Shown here: positions 23,938 to 35,791 of the stretch, piece after piece
Position numbering within the stretch: the first letter of the stretch is position 1
Layout of the letters: the number at the start of each line of letters is the position of its first letter
The notes under the pieces: model-generated
What the model was told of the DNA's origin: nothing
Seen by the model: only the letters and a program-made list of their open reading frames with translations
Database searches by the model: none
DNA from: Minutocellus sp. GHC0000111
Taxonomy: Eukaryota
Reading direction: 5' to 3'
Length of the DNA stretch: 64,000 nt
Assembly (NCBI GenBank): GCA_977018835.1
Contig: OZ361256.1
Location: 5,208,001 to 5,272,000 of the forward strand
Program-made: the position numbers and the translations under genes

Positions 23938-25884
23938 ATGGAAGGCACAGCCACCGCCACCGCCGCGGCGCGAGGGAAGGTGTCTACAGTGTCTACCCAT
24001 ACCTCATCGGCCACAGTCGTCATGGTGGAACTCGTCACCACAGCGCACTGTGTCGAAACAGATTCCAACGGTACCGGTAGAATGATGGATGTGAGACCGC
24101 TCCTCCGCCTCATGGATATTGCAACGTGCGCTTCGGCCGAGAAGCACACTGGCGTCAATTGCGTGACGGCTTCCATGGGCGATGTGGTATTTGATCACAT
24201 GCCAACGGCTGGCGATCTGCTGGAGCTTACGGCGACCCCGGTGTTCGCTGGGAGAACATCATTGGACATTGGGCTTACTGTGACATGCATCGGTGAGGGC
24301 GGCGTGAGAAACTTCGTTTGCTACGCAAGCTTCACCTATGTTACGACACGAGGACCTCAGGGGCAGAAACGTTTCTGCCCTCCTCTGTCTGAAGAACTAC
24401 ATGACTCTGACGAAGGTGATTCCCGCAATAGGTCCAAATCGACGACGGACTGGGCTCGAACTACAGCAAGATTTAGACGATCATTGGTCAAAGTTGAAAT
24501 GAAAAGCGCATCCCTCATCAAGAATGAAAGCGGTGTGGCATCTGGTTTTGAGACTGAGTTCAGCGAGGTAGTGCTGCCTGCTCATCAGAACCACATGGGT
24601 CACACATTCGGTGGGGTTGTAATGGGATGGATGGCAAAGGCTGCACTTGCGGAAGCATCTCGTCGTTCGAAGCGCAGTGTCGGTACTTTGCTGATTCGGT
24701 CAGTGCTCAGAGTTGAATTTAGCACTGGCTCTGATGTTTCGGATCATCTAATCTTTCGTCCTCGACTGAATGCAATATTTGACGATGGACAATCAGCAGA
24801 AATCGAAGTTAGGGTTTCCAAGCGCTGCATCGCAAGCGGCAGAAAGTTTGACATGAATGTCGGTTATTTTTATATTTCTGGATATACCAGGGGAAAGAAG
24901 TTGGATAAACCTTTTGGCGCAACCGAAACATTTGGATGCTCAGCTTTAGGTAAAGGCATACAAGGTCGTATCACTGCCGATGCAAACTGGCGTAGAAGAC
25001 TATTGTTGGCACGTCGTAGATTGTTGGGGGGCACTGGCGAGGCAGTAGAATGGCATTCGTCGCTTCAGGATGTGGCACCATTGCTCACCATACTCGCTGT
25101 GCTACGATTAGTGCACAGCGAGGATCTGACAGTGAAGTGGAAGGCATTGCATTTTAATGATGAAAATCAGAAACCACGGACAAGGTCTATCATTGGTAGG
25201 GCTTCTATCATTGTTGCTGGGCGGGCCAGCAAGACAAATCTTTCTAATTTTGTCTTGGAGGTGACACCAGGCGAGCCTCTTGGGCGCAAGAATACTTTTT
25301 TCTTACGAGGCAGAGCGGTAATATTGGATACGGAAGTGTCCACATTATTTGATATGGTCAAAAATAAACGAACGCAATGGGATGAATTGTGCAATTCTAT
25401 CACAATAATTGAAGAGCAACAAAATGGCAAGGCAGAGAACGAAGAAGACGATGATACAAACACGAAATTCAATTGGGATATTGTGGAATACGAGGCTTTG
25501 ACCCCTCAGACAGCATTAGCAATGGGCTACATTTTTTGCTGGAAGACCCTATCGCGACCCAAAAAGCACATTCCGTTATGCTTGATTCGTTCGTGGCAAA
25601 TGGATAAAAACGAAGGGACTGCAGTTTTTGCTTCCCAGTCCGTTCATCACCCAGATGTAGCGAAGGGTTCCTTGACGCAAGTGTTGCCCAGCGGGTGGTT
25701 CCTCTCCCCCGTCGAAGATGCTAGTGGTAAACCAATTGGTGTGTCAGTCTCGTACGTGGTAGAACATGACCTTGTCTATCTGCGGCGTTTGGCGCCAGTA
25801 CTTACGGACAAGAATATTATAAAGACAATGGCAACGTCTGCAGAGCGTTGGTTTTATAATCTTGCCAGCATGACACAAAAATAA
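23938..25884 (+). CDS. Acyl-CoA thioesterase with two HotDog domains and a C-terminal START-like domain
   Basis: LLRLMDIATCASAEKH...VTASMGDVVF...GRTSLDI (HotDog 1); VLPAHQNHMGHTFGGVVMGWM (HotDog 2); RTQWDEL and SQSVHHPDV...VLPSGWFLSP (START-like); intronless. Confidence 0.8.
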   Translation: MEGTATATAAARGKVSTVSTHTSSATVVMVELVTTAHCVETDSNGTGRMMDVRPLLRLMDIATCASAEKHTGVNCVTASMGDVVFDHMPTAGDLLELTATPVFAGRTSLDIGLTVTCIGEGGVRNFVCYASFTYVTTRGPQGQKRFCPPLSEELHDSDEGDSRNRSKSTTDWARTTARFRRSLVKVEMKSASLIKNESGVASGFETEFSEVVLPAHQNHMGHTFGGVVMGWMAKAALAEASRRSKRSVGTLLIRSVLRVEFSTGSDVSDHLIFRPRLNAIFDDGQSAEIEVRVSKRCIASGRKFDMNVGYFYISGYTRGKKLDKPFGATETFGCSALGKGIQGRITADANWRRRLLLARRRLLGGTGEAVEWHSSLQDVAPLLTILAVLRLVHSEDLTVKWKALHFNDENQKPRTRSIIGRASIIVAGRASKTNLSNFVLEVTPGEPLGRKNTFFLRGRAVILDTEVSTLFDMVKNKRTQWDELCNSITIIEEQQNGKAENEEDDDTNTKFNWDIVEYEALTPQTALAMGYIFCWKTLSRPKKHIPLCLIRSWQMDKNEGTAVFASQSVHHPDVAKGSLTQVLPSGWFLSPVEDASGKPIGVSVSYVVEHDLVYLRRLAPVLTDKNIIKTMATSAERWFYNLASMTQK

Positions 25885-26020
25885 ACTTAGAGCGTGAAGT
25901 CACAGGCAAAAAAGTCACACTACCCTCCTACCGGTACTTGGTCAGATACTTTGCAACATTGCCTCGATTACATTAGCAAATTGAATGTAGCTTCTTAGTC
26001 ATTAGTTAAGCGTCAACTGA

Positions 26021-28960
26021 CTACCAATCGCTACTTCCCGCACCATAGCGACAGCCTATTCTACTGACGGCAATCTCCTTGCCTGTCACTTCGCAATTTC
26101 TGTGCCAAGCTACTGATCGATGGTTGGCGGCAACTCGAAGAGGCACCGGCTCGCCCCTGACTCGGTACGGCGGAGGTTGCGCAATTAGAGCGTAGGATTG
26201 CCTTCTCCACTCGTCTTCTTGCCACCTCTCGTGCTGATCAGAGCACGGTGAGATCCCGTGCTTCTTCATCAAATATCGTTCCATCCGCTCAATGTCTTCA
26301 AGTGGTAAGCGGCCCTTGAAAACAGCAAGCTCTGATATGGCACCTTCGCCTTCGCCCTCGTCACCCCCACCGTAGCATAGTGACATATCAAATACATGAT
26401 CGGACCCGATAGTGAGGCCGTCTAATCCAGGTGTGTTCCGTGGAATACACACCTCGGTTTCTGTTTGGGGTTCAGTTAATACCATCGACTCGAATAATGC
26501 TACTCTCACCATCAAAAATAGCAACGTAGCAGTGCCAAGATCCTGGGCCGAGTAGACCTCGGGAAATGATATTTTCGTCCGGCTCGTCATCACATTCATC
26601 TGCATTGATCCTTGTTGAGCAGAATCGGCAACCACATCTCTCCCCCTCAGAGCTTTCATCATCATCACTAGAATCATCGCTGCTGTCGTCGGAATCCATG
26701 TGGGAAGGTATGGAGCTATGGCAGCTATCGTCGAAGTACTTTCGGCCCTCAGAACCGCTTAATAGGACGCCAGTACCACCGGAGTTGCCAGCTTTGGACA
26801 CCACAACTTGAGCCTGCTGACTACCCACATCTTCCCGCTGATTGGTTACCAAGCAGATTGGGCTCATGTCCACCAGAGCGTCTCTCGGGTTCTGTGGATA
26901 TAAATGGCCGAGCTCAAATCGGTTGCGAAGACCCGAAAAGAAACATCCATCTTCCGTTGCAATAGCAACGCAAAATACAGTGACTGGAGAACGGATGGTG
27001 CCACACTCGAAGGGTGTCGTTCGAAGTCGGACGGCATGATCTCCATCGGCGTTGAGGAATTGAATGCTTCTCTGACGACGGCCACCCCGTCCGTCGAATC
27101 CATGCTGCGATTGTTCGCCCAGGTAAGATGGTGATTTTTCGCGAGAGCTCGTAATCATTCGTGGAAGCCGCTTGCGTTCACGCTTCCGTTGCTTGAGGAG
27201 CTGCCGGGCTCGTCTTCGACGGTATTCCCATCGTCTTCTGTCGTTCTCCTCCCTGGACGAGCTGCCCTGACCTTGTCCAGCAGAGGAGTTCGCACCATTT
27301 CCAGCACCAAGCACTTCCGAATTAAGGAGAGAGGCTTCAATATCTTGTTCGTCCTCGTCCCATCGTAGGCAGTATCCGTCTGGTCTAGCCAGAGTGCAGC
27401 CTCGAACTGCAAATGTCGCCTTCGGTGGCTCGCTGGAAGTAATTGGAGTGGCCATTAAGTTATCAAAAGGGCCACTTTTGGGAACAGAACCAATTTCTTT
27501 ACTCATACTGATTTCGCTAGTGCTCCACCGCAACGCAGACAGTTCAAGGGCATGGTCCAGGGTGCTCTAAAATCGAAAAAACAAACAAAACAATAATAAT
27601 GGGATCTTGATTAGTCGAAAGGTGACAAAAAGTGCAATGAAAGGTTCTGCCAAGCAGATGCGAAACGACGCAATAAACTCACCCGAACAAACGACGAGGA
27701 AAATCCGAATGGCAAAAGAACATCCATGGCTGAGAGATACCTGCTCCATCCGAGCGCGCACGTTTGTAATCGGCCACTTGCGTCGTCGGTGCTTTTCTTC
27801 TTTTTCACAACTGCCCCAGCACCTGTCGCTACTGCTCGGTTCATCGGAGGGCGTCGACGGAGGGGGGAATTGGGATCAGGGGCTGGACTCGGACCTCTCG
27901 CCCCGCCCGCCCCACCGGTGCCTGCTGCTCCTCCTCCACCGCCGCCGCCTCCACCTTTAGCTCCTCCTCCACCGCTGGAGTCCTTTCCACTAAGGTAGCC
28001 CCGACGCCGAGCTTTGTCCTTATCGGCAGCAACCTCTTCGGTTTCTGACAGATCATACGTTTCCTGACCACTGGGCCCAAAGGGTGGAGTAATGCTGGAT
28101 CTTCTCGACGCAGCATCGGTGTCCGGTATGCCCTCAGAGGACGATGATGAAACCGAATCATCGTCCCCGTCATCACCAACTCGGACCGACTGGATCTGTA
28201 TCCCCGATGGTGCGAACCAGGCCAAACAAAATTGACCCTCGCCATCTGCAGTAGTAGTGGCAGCAGGCTTGTTCTCATCATTACCATTCTCTTTACCACA
28301 AGCTGCACCATCTACGCCTTCAGCATCTGCTTCGGTCTCTCCTTCATCGTCCTCTCCGCCTTTGATCGGCACCAAGGCCTCTCCGTCCTCAGAAGAATAT
28401 CCGGCGGTGTTATCACCACCATTGCCATCTTCATTTTCTGTATTCATCATGGAATCCTTCCTCCGTTCGAGCAATTCCATGGCCATCTCGGGCAATAGTA
28501 GACTGGCAACTGGATAGAGCTTCGCAAGGTCCGATCGGCTCCAGGACTTGATGTCGGTAGCGCTTGTACCACCCTTATCAACGTTGCTCATGTGACCACC
28601 ATTTTGCCCCGCTTCAGCTCCGTCTTTTGCACCATTTTCTTTACTATCATCATCATCGCCGCCGCCGCCGTGACCACCATCAGATAGATGGTTGGCATAC
28701 GGCCGCAGAAGGTCGTCGGTGATGGTAGCCGCGACGACGTGGCGCCATCGGGCGCAGACATTGCTCAGCGTCGCCAGGTCGACGTTCGACGCACAGTTGC
28801 GCGCCATCCATCGGATCGCCGCGTCGGGCGGTTTGGTTGGATCTAGTGCATCGGTTGAGGAGTCAGCGGCCACCGAAGGAGGAGACTTGCTGCCGATGCC
28901 GGCTGATCCAGCGACGACATCGGCGGTCTTACCGTCGGACGGCGGGGTGAGCCTGGTCAT
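26021..28960 (-). CDS. Large protein with F-box-like N-terminus and ConA/LamG-like C-terminus; intron 27567-27682; frameshift near 26477
   Basis: DLATLSNVCARWRHVV; WHCYVAIFDGESSIIRVDG, LTIGSD and GAISELAVFKGRL...MERYLMKKHGI. The splice GTGAGT...TTTAG joins ORFs 27611..28960 and 26472..27533 in frame. Confidence 0.65.
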
Positions 28961-29483
28961 GCTTGTTTCGGGTCAAAAGATGTGCTGTTTTTGCCAACTT
29001 TGAGTTTCAACAACAATGCTCTCCGGTTTCGTTATTCTACCAGATGCTATGCTTTTTTCTTTGGTCGGTTCGATATCTTTGGTCTTCTTCGGTCTCTCTA
29101 TCTTTGCACCTCCCTCCTCCGGTCAAGTACGTGGGAAAAGTTCTCGAGAATTTTCGCACGAGGCAGCGCAGGATTCTGAAAGTTTTGTGTTTCTGTGCTC
29201 TTTGATACGAGAAGAGCGTTAGCGGGTCATCTTCCCCGATTGATGAGAATGTTCTGGTAGTGTGTATATGTTGGTTTTGCTCATCCAATTGCTGAAATTC
29301 ACTGCCGGCTGGAGGACTTGGTTGAAGAGCATGTGGCGTGGTTGCTTTGTTCTGTTGGAGCTCAAACCTCAAAGCGAAAATTGAAACGGGATCAAACACG
29401 GGACCTAGATCTACTTCTATTCTGACGTACGTACAAGAATTCAACGTCAACCTGAGCGCCACCTGCCAGTCTCCGGAACAGCA

Positions 29484-30470
29484 ATGAGGAAACGCCGAAG
29501 GCCCGGCGACTGCGGGGGCGGCACCATGTCGCCGGCAGTCGCGGCTGCAGGTGACGCGAGACGATCCCGACGGATGGTAGTGTTCGTCCTTTTGGGCATC
29601 ACCATGAAACAACCCGCCGGCTACGGCTGCTCGGCTCTCGTTGCACCTGCACCGATGATGACGAAGAGCCAGTCCAAGAGGTTGAGGAAGAAGTCCAACA
29701 TGGTTTCCATCATTGTCGATGATAATGGGAGGACCTCGGGGGGCAAGGGCAGCAGCACGCCAGATTTGACGTCCGAAATTCGTGCTCTGGTGAAGAGTTC
29801 ATCATCGAACAGCAGCCCTCGGATGCCTCCCTGGCTCGCAAATTATGACGACTTAGTAGAAGATTCAGGCAGTAGCAATACGATGCTCAATTCCAGCGGA
29901 AACAAATATGGTCTGGGGTTGCTGACGACTCGGATGGGAGACGAACCCTCCAAGGTGGCTCGGACGAACGTTGCTCGGCTCAAGGCCGCGTTGGAGCGAC
30001 ACCACAAATATCTTGGCGTAGAGTCCGAATGTTTTTCGAAGGAGGACATTGCCGATGTCATGGATGCGTTGCGAGTGGCATCGGGCGGGGAATATGCCCT
30101 TTTGGCTGGTGCCGCCGAATTTCTGTGGCTTCTATTGAGCGTTGAGGAGAATCAATTTACAGGGAAGGTGAAGGAACTGGTCGGTCAGGTCAAGCCGCAA
30201 ACCTTGTTTGATGATGAAGAAGACTACGATGCAGTGCTAGTCGAGGACGATAGCACAAATAGGAAAGAGCAGAAGCGACCCTACAATATTTTAACTCGAG
30301 ATACGCTCATCGCATCTGCCTTTCACTATGCTGATTGCGTTGAAGCGCGGCGAACGGGGGTCTATGGTTTGGTCAGCCAAGCTGTGCGGGGAATGAGCCC
30401 TACTTCGTCGTTTGCCGATTCATGGAAACGGCAGCTCTTGCCAGCGTCAGCATCTCAGGCATCCGAGGAA

Positions 30471-30502
<32 letters not shown>

Positions 30503-31861
30503 GGACCAACACCATCTATTGATGAGGCTGATACGCTGCGAAGTCTTCTCATCAGTGTCAGCGAAGATTGGAGAGGTCTTGCCATACGTTCCGTGGCATG
30601 CCTGTATCGGTTGCGCGGTATTGTCCAGTTTGGAGGTGGCGAAAGAACTTCGGAGATTGCCAAAGCTGCGAGAGAAGCTGTTCGCGTGTATGCGCCAATT
30701 GCCGGTCGTCTCGGCATGCATCGGCTCAAGGCAAATTTGGAAGAGCTTGCATTTGGCATTTTATATCAACGACAGTATGCAGCGGCTGCTGTCCTTTACG
30801 AACAAAATGGCGATGTGATGCATGACATTGAAACATTTGCTACTTCAAATGTGGAAGAATTATTGAGCGCAGATGATATGCTAATGGCACAAGTGGATAG
30901 TCTCAAGGTCAGCTCTCGTGTCAAGCAACCATATTCTCTATGGAAAAAGTTGTTGAAACGACGCACCCGAGGTGGCAAAGATGGCGATGACAAGAGAGAA
31001 GAATTGTCTGTTCAGAACCTAGGTGACGCCGTCGCCCTCCGCGTTGTTCTTCGAGCAAAGCGTTTGAGCCCGGCCGAGACGGAAGAAACAATTGTAACCA
31101 GAGAAGCCTTGCTTTGTTATTATGTACAAAAGAAAATTATGGAAAGATTTCCAGCAACAGATGAATCAATGATCAAAGATTACATTTCCAATCCAAAGCC
31201 GAATGGATATCAGTCGCTTCATTACACAGCAGATGTATTTCGGAATGGAGTCGATTGGCTGTTCGAGGTCCAGGTGCGAAGCGAGGAGATGCACCGTCTT
31301 GCCGAGTTTGGAGTAGCAGCCCATTGGGACTATAAGATGCAGCAGGGATCGTTGATTACCACGGATATTGTTGATAAATCGGCCGTTCCTTTTGCCAAAG
31401 CAAGCAACGACATGCCTCAAGAAGAGGACTTTGATATGCTTGACGAATCAGGGACAAATGATGGCATTGCGGAATTCGAAGACACATCTAGTGATGAAGA
31501 AGAAAAAAAGAAGGACGACGAAAGTGCTCTTGATGTGAAAATGGCGATGGGAGACAATATGGAAAGCGACGAAGACGATTGTGACAGAAATGATCGGTGC
31601 TCCTCATACATTGAAGCTCTGACGTCTGCACAAGCCGAAATCAAGGCGAACAAAGTTTTTGTGTTTGTTTCGTCAACTGCTTCGGCCAGTGATGGGAAAA
31701 TACTGCCACTGTCATTGGGAGCGACAGTAGCTGATGCACTGAAGGAGGCCTGTGATCGCTATGGCATGGATCTGGGAGAATCAAAATTGCTTTCTAATGG
31801 CCAAGTAGTCGGCCTTGAAGATGAGCTCGACAACGGCGATGTTGTTGTAATAAGTCAGTGA
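29484..31861 (+). CDS. RSH: RelA/SpoT homologue ((p)ppGpp synthetase), probably plastid; frameshift near 30510
   Basis: YAPIAGRLGMHRLKANLEELAF, RVKQPYSLWKKL, DYISNPKPNGYQSLH and FEVQVRSEEMHRLAEFGVAAHWDYK; TGS-like C-terminus. Confidence 0.9.
30471..30500 (+). repeat. (GAT)10 microsatellite encoding poly-Asp
   Basis: Ten perfect GAT units immediately before the RSH frameshift. Confidence 0.95.
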
Positions 31862-32456
31862 TGTTGCCCTGGCTCCGATAACGGAAGTCACGGAGCAGTA
31901 TCTCCGACGTAGCATTACAATTAACTAACCGTAGAAGTCGCACAGTATAGATTTTAGCAGAGTTATAGAGCGTTTAGGGTTTAGTTATCTTGAATAATAT
32001 TTGGCGCTTGGTGAAAAGGGATGCCTGTTGAGTGTATGGGACAATCCAATGGACACAATTTGCAAGTAACCGAAAACAACGATCCGGATTTTTTATTTTG
32101 GATAGTCTCCTTTCACTCGCAACCCCTCAGAAGCTTCCTCAAAACGTTTTGGTCTGAAAATCTGCTGTGCGTCCGGCAGACTTTATGTGTCTGCGTGGTG
32201 ATAGACCGGGAATCCCGCATGCTTGTTTCATCACCATGCTGTCGATGATTTTCAGTATGCTTGCGCTCTTGAAAGCAGGGGCAATCATATTCACTCTATC
32301 GCGAAGTCAAATATACTCGACTTGACTTGTGATGCATTTATTGACTCAAAGCAGTTCAGCAAAAATTTTGCTCCAAGAGCTGTGTAGCTCTGCTTCTGAA
32401 GGATAACCTGGTGCAAGAGCACGTTTGGTCTATGAGATGAACATTCAAAATGCCGA

Positions 32457-35378
32457 TCAACCATCCTCATTCTCGCTCTCATCATCATCATCGTCAAGAC
32501 CATTAAGAATACCACCGATGCCAACCAAATCTTCAGAAGAACCGAATTCTTCCAAATTTAGAAATGAAGCAGGCATTTTGTGCTGATCTGTATCTTCCTC
32601 TCCACCGTCGCTTGTCACATTCCAGTTGCCAAAAGCGGTGGTAAACGCAGCACCTCCTCCGTCAGCGGCCTTCTCCGCACCGCCAGTCTCTGAGAGGCTC
32701 CAGGCTGCAGAGACATTACCAAGGAGACGACTAGCCTCCGATTTGCCTCGTCGGCCACTGAAGGGCATTCGGGGAGAGCCCTCACCATCCTCGGTCTCAA
32801 CAACTGTCATCTGGCCCATGGCCAATTCAAAGGGCTCGGCCTCAACCTCGACCTTGCTTTTCCTAGGACTGCTGGCAGGTGACATCATGACAGCGTCCAT
32901 GTTCTGGGTTGGATCAAAACCAAGGCCGATTGCATGGTCTTCGTCGTCGGTATCGTCCTCCTCTTCATCGTCGACATAGAGAGCAGCGAAGGCATTGCTA
33001 TTGCTCTTTGCCTTGGCATCATCGCCACTCTTTCCATTTTTGGCGTTGGCAGTGGGTGCCGAGGAAGCAGCAGCGAGGGCTGCCTGACTGGGAGCGAATT
33101 CACGAGCTGACGGCTTCAGAGTTGGCGAGTCTTCACCAACCATGAGCTTCAAATCTTCGTCAGCCTTCACAAGAGCAACTTCGGGAGCCATTAATTCCTC
33201 CTCCTTGGAAGCACCCGCATCGCCATAGCCACTGTAACCTTCGTATCCACCCGTATAATCCTGACCATAGTCATCTCCTTGCTGGTATGTACCGTTGCCG
33301 TAGTAGCCACCGTCGCCCCGGGACGATGCACGATAGGCAGCTGCCTCCTGCTGCATTCGTTTCTGTTCCTTGACGAATGCGGCGTGGCCAGCTGGGTTGC
33401 GAATCTTGCCCCCTGGAACCGAATGGGCACCGTAACCCTGGTCAGCGTCACATCCATCGGCACAGACGAACCGACCACGATCGTCCCGACGGTACAGGAC
33501 GCCGCAGGTGCGAGGAAGCTTGGGCTGCGCTCGCGACCGCGAGCCCTTCTTGACACTCTTGGCTTCATCCCCACGCTTGGTCCGTTCCTTCTTGCTGCCC
33601 TTTCGCGACGAAGACTTGCCGCCATCGTCATTGTCATCCGGACGACGGAGCAACAGGGGACCACCGCCGTCGGCAGTGGCTCGGCTCTTGCGCTCCTTCT
33701 TGTTGCTGCTCTTCTTGGCCTTCTTTTCCGCAGGCACATTCTTGGCCGCTACCATCGATCCTGTCGTCGGGTCGAACAAAAGCCTCGGAGCCTCCACCTT
33801 GCGCGCTCCCTCCCCGCGGTCGGTGGTCTCATAGTCCGCCACGTGGATGACCCGGTCCATCTCCGGCGGTTCCACCTCGTACGCGTATCGGTCGTAATCC
33901 GACACGTTGCTGTTGGACCTGCCCCGATCGCTACTGCCGGCGTTGCTGTCGGCGCGACGGCGATCGCGACGGGAACCACCACCGCGTCTGTATTCGTCGA
34001 CGTCAACCACCATACGCCCACCGCGGCCTCCTCTGCCATCGCCGCGGTCGAAGGAGTCATCGTAATCCTTGAGAGGACTTACGGGATCCTGCTCCACCGG
34101 TGCATTGCCACCATAACCACCCACATCCTCGGCGGTCGCGACGACGCCGGTGGTACTGCCGCCGACGAGGGAGCTAAAGGTCCGGCCCTGGTTGGGATCC
34201 CACAGCGATCGGTTGGCCAGGGCATCGCCGGCGGCCCTGCCCCTGTGGCTGGGACTGCCCGAGAGCCCACCCGATACCTTGCGAGCGGCAGCCGCTGCGG
34301 CCATGATGGAATTCTTGGGCGGCGACGATCGGGGACCGCCATACCTCCCCGCAGCAGCGTCGGAACCTCCACCGCCAGCACCACCAGCGCCTCCCAACCG
34401 CTCCAGCTTGATCTGCATGCCCAGCTGCTGCGGCCGGCTGCGTTGGCGCCAATTCTGCACTTCGGTGGGATCGACGGCCGCCGCCCTACTAGCATTGCTA
34501 TTGGCAGCCGTGGCTGCCCCCATCTTCTCCTCCAACTCGCGCAGACGTCGGGCAGCCCCCTCCCTCTGGAGGCGGAATCGCTCCTCCTCCTCGGCCTTGC
34601 GGGCGGCGGCCCGCTCCCTGGCCAGCCGGGCCATGACGTCGGGCTGGGACTCGACTGGATTTTCTGCCGCTGCCGCTGCTGCAGCGTCGGTATTGGTATT
34701 GGTCGCATCAGTAGTATTCGTTCCAGTACCACCAGCAACAGCACCGGCATCCTCTGCATCCCCCTCGGCTCGGGCCAACGTCGCCTCCCGCTGCCTCCTC
34801 CGCTCCATCAGTTCCCTCTTGCGCTCTTCGGCCAGCTGCAGCTTCTTCTCCTGTTTCTGCCGTCGTTGTTCCTCCTCTTCCTCCCGCGCCTTTCGCTCGG
34901 CCGCGGCCGCCTTTTGCTCCTTGGACTGCTGGACGGTCCCCCAGGCATCGACCTCGCGCTCCTCGGCGCGGGGGTACGTTACCAAACCGGCCTCGGCCGC
35001 CGCGGCCGTGAGGAGGGCGTCGTGGGCCGACTTGGGTTCGGGGGCGACCACCGGGGGCGGTGGCTTGGAGGGACTTGCGTCGGTTGTGCCCTTGCCAGCG
35101 GCACCATCCGCACCATTGGCTCCTGCCGAAGCAGCACCACCACTAGCTGACGACGAGGAGGCCGACAGTTTCGTCTTGCTCGACAGAAAGGCCAGACCGG
35201 TGCTCTTGGTCGACGTCCGAGACGACAGCCGGGCGACGCCCGTGGGCGGAGGAGGGGCCGCGGCGGGTACCAGCCGGTTCAGGTTCTGACCGAACTTCTT
35301 CTTGGTTCCACTACCGCCGACGCCGGCGCCGGCGCCGGTGGAGATGCTGGTGGGGATGGGAGGCGGAGGGTTGGGCAT
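32457..35378 (-). CDS. Large low-complexity protein with coiled coils, RGG patches and a PAM2-like motif (PRRC2/MOS1-like)
   Basis: 973-aa intact ORF; ARERAAARKAEEEERFRLQREGAARRLRELEEK; TLKPSAREFAPS. Confidence 0.6.
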   Translation of the reverse strand: MPNPPPPIPTSISTGAGAGVGGSGTKKKFGQNLNRLVPAAAPPPPTGVARLSSRTSTKSTGLAFLSSKTKLSASSSSASGGAASAGANGADGAAGKGTTDASPSKPPPPVVAPEPKSAHDALLTAAAAEAGLVTYPRAEEREVDAWGTVQQSKEQKAAAAERKAREEEEEQRRQKQEKKLQLAEERKRELMERRRQREATLARAEGDAEDAGAVAGGTGTNTTDATNTNTDAAAAAAAENPVESQPDVMARLARERAAARKAEEEERFRLQREGAARRLRELEEKMGAATAANSNASRAAAVDPTEVQNWRQRSRPQQLGMQIKLERLGGAGGAGGGGSDAAAGRYGGPRSSPPKNSIMAAAAAARKVSGGLSGSPSHRGRAAGDALANRSLWDPNQGRTFSSLVGGSTTGVVATAEDVGGYGGNAPVEQDPVSPLKDYDDSFDRGDGRGGRGGRMVVDVDEYRRGGGSRRDRRRADSNAGSSDRGRSNSNVSDYDRYAYEVEPPEMDRVIHVADYETTDRGEGARKVEAPRLLFDPTTGSMVAAKNVPAEKKAKKSSNKKERKSRATADGGGPLLLRRPDDNDDGGKSSSRKGSKKERTKRGDEAKSVKKGSRSRAQPKLPRTCGVLYRRDDRGRFVCADGCDADQGYGAHSVPGGKIRNPAGHAAFVKEQKRMQQEAAAYRASSRGDGGYYGNGTYQQGDDYGQDYTGGYEGYSGYGDAGASKEEELMAPEVALVKADEDLKLMVGEDSPTLKPSAREFAPSQAALAAASSAPTANAKNGKSGDDAKAKSNSNAFAALYVDDEEEDDTDDEDHAIGLGFDPTQNMDAVMMSPASSPRKSKVEVEAEPFELAMGQMTVVETEDGEGSPRMPFSGRRGKSEASRLLGNVSAAWSLSETGGAEKAADGGGAAFTTAFGNWNVTSDGGEEDTDQHKMPASFLNLEEFGSSEDLVGIGGILNGLDDDDDESENEDG

Positions 35379-35791
35379 GTTGGCTTGCTTTAACTTGTGT
35401 TACTGGTTGGCGGAGTAGATTTCTTATAATATGCAGATCTGCAGGTTAGGAGTAGGAGGCGGGCCGGGTTAAAAAAAATACTAGTCAAACAACACCCGCG
35501 GCCCGCCGGAGAAAATTCTTCGCCGAAGACGACTGCGACGATCCCTCTCGGGAGCGATAGCCAAAGTCGTCAACACCGCGGCCGGCCGCACCCGCATGCG
35601 CACCGCACCGACTTGAAAAATGAGCTGAGGGCCGCGATCGCGATCGAGTGCAAAACATTGCTTTTTGACGTCATGAAATCGTCATTTTATGCAGATTAAA
35701 ATCTGGTCTGGCCGGCGGTCGCGTCGGCGCAAGCCTCGCCTCTCGCCTCTCGCCTCATACTCGTATCCGAGACCGCCCTTGACGACCGACC

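Noticed and set aside
33279..35289. Long plus-strand ORFs (623 and 379 aa) and similar antisense ORFs elsewhere
   Set aside because: Shadows of GC-rich coding sequence on the opposite strand, with no motifs
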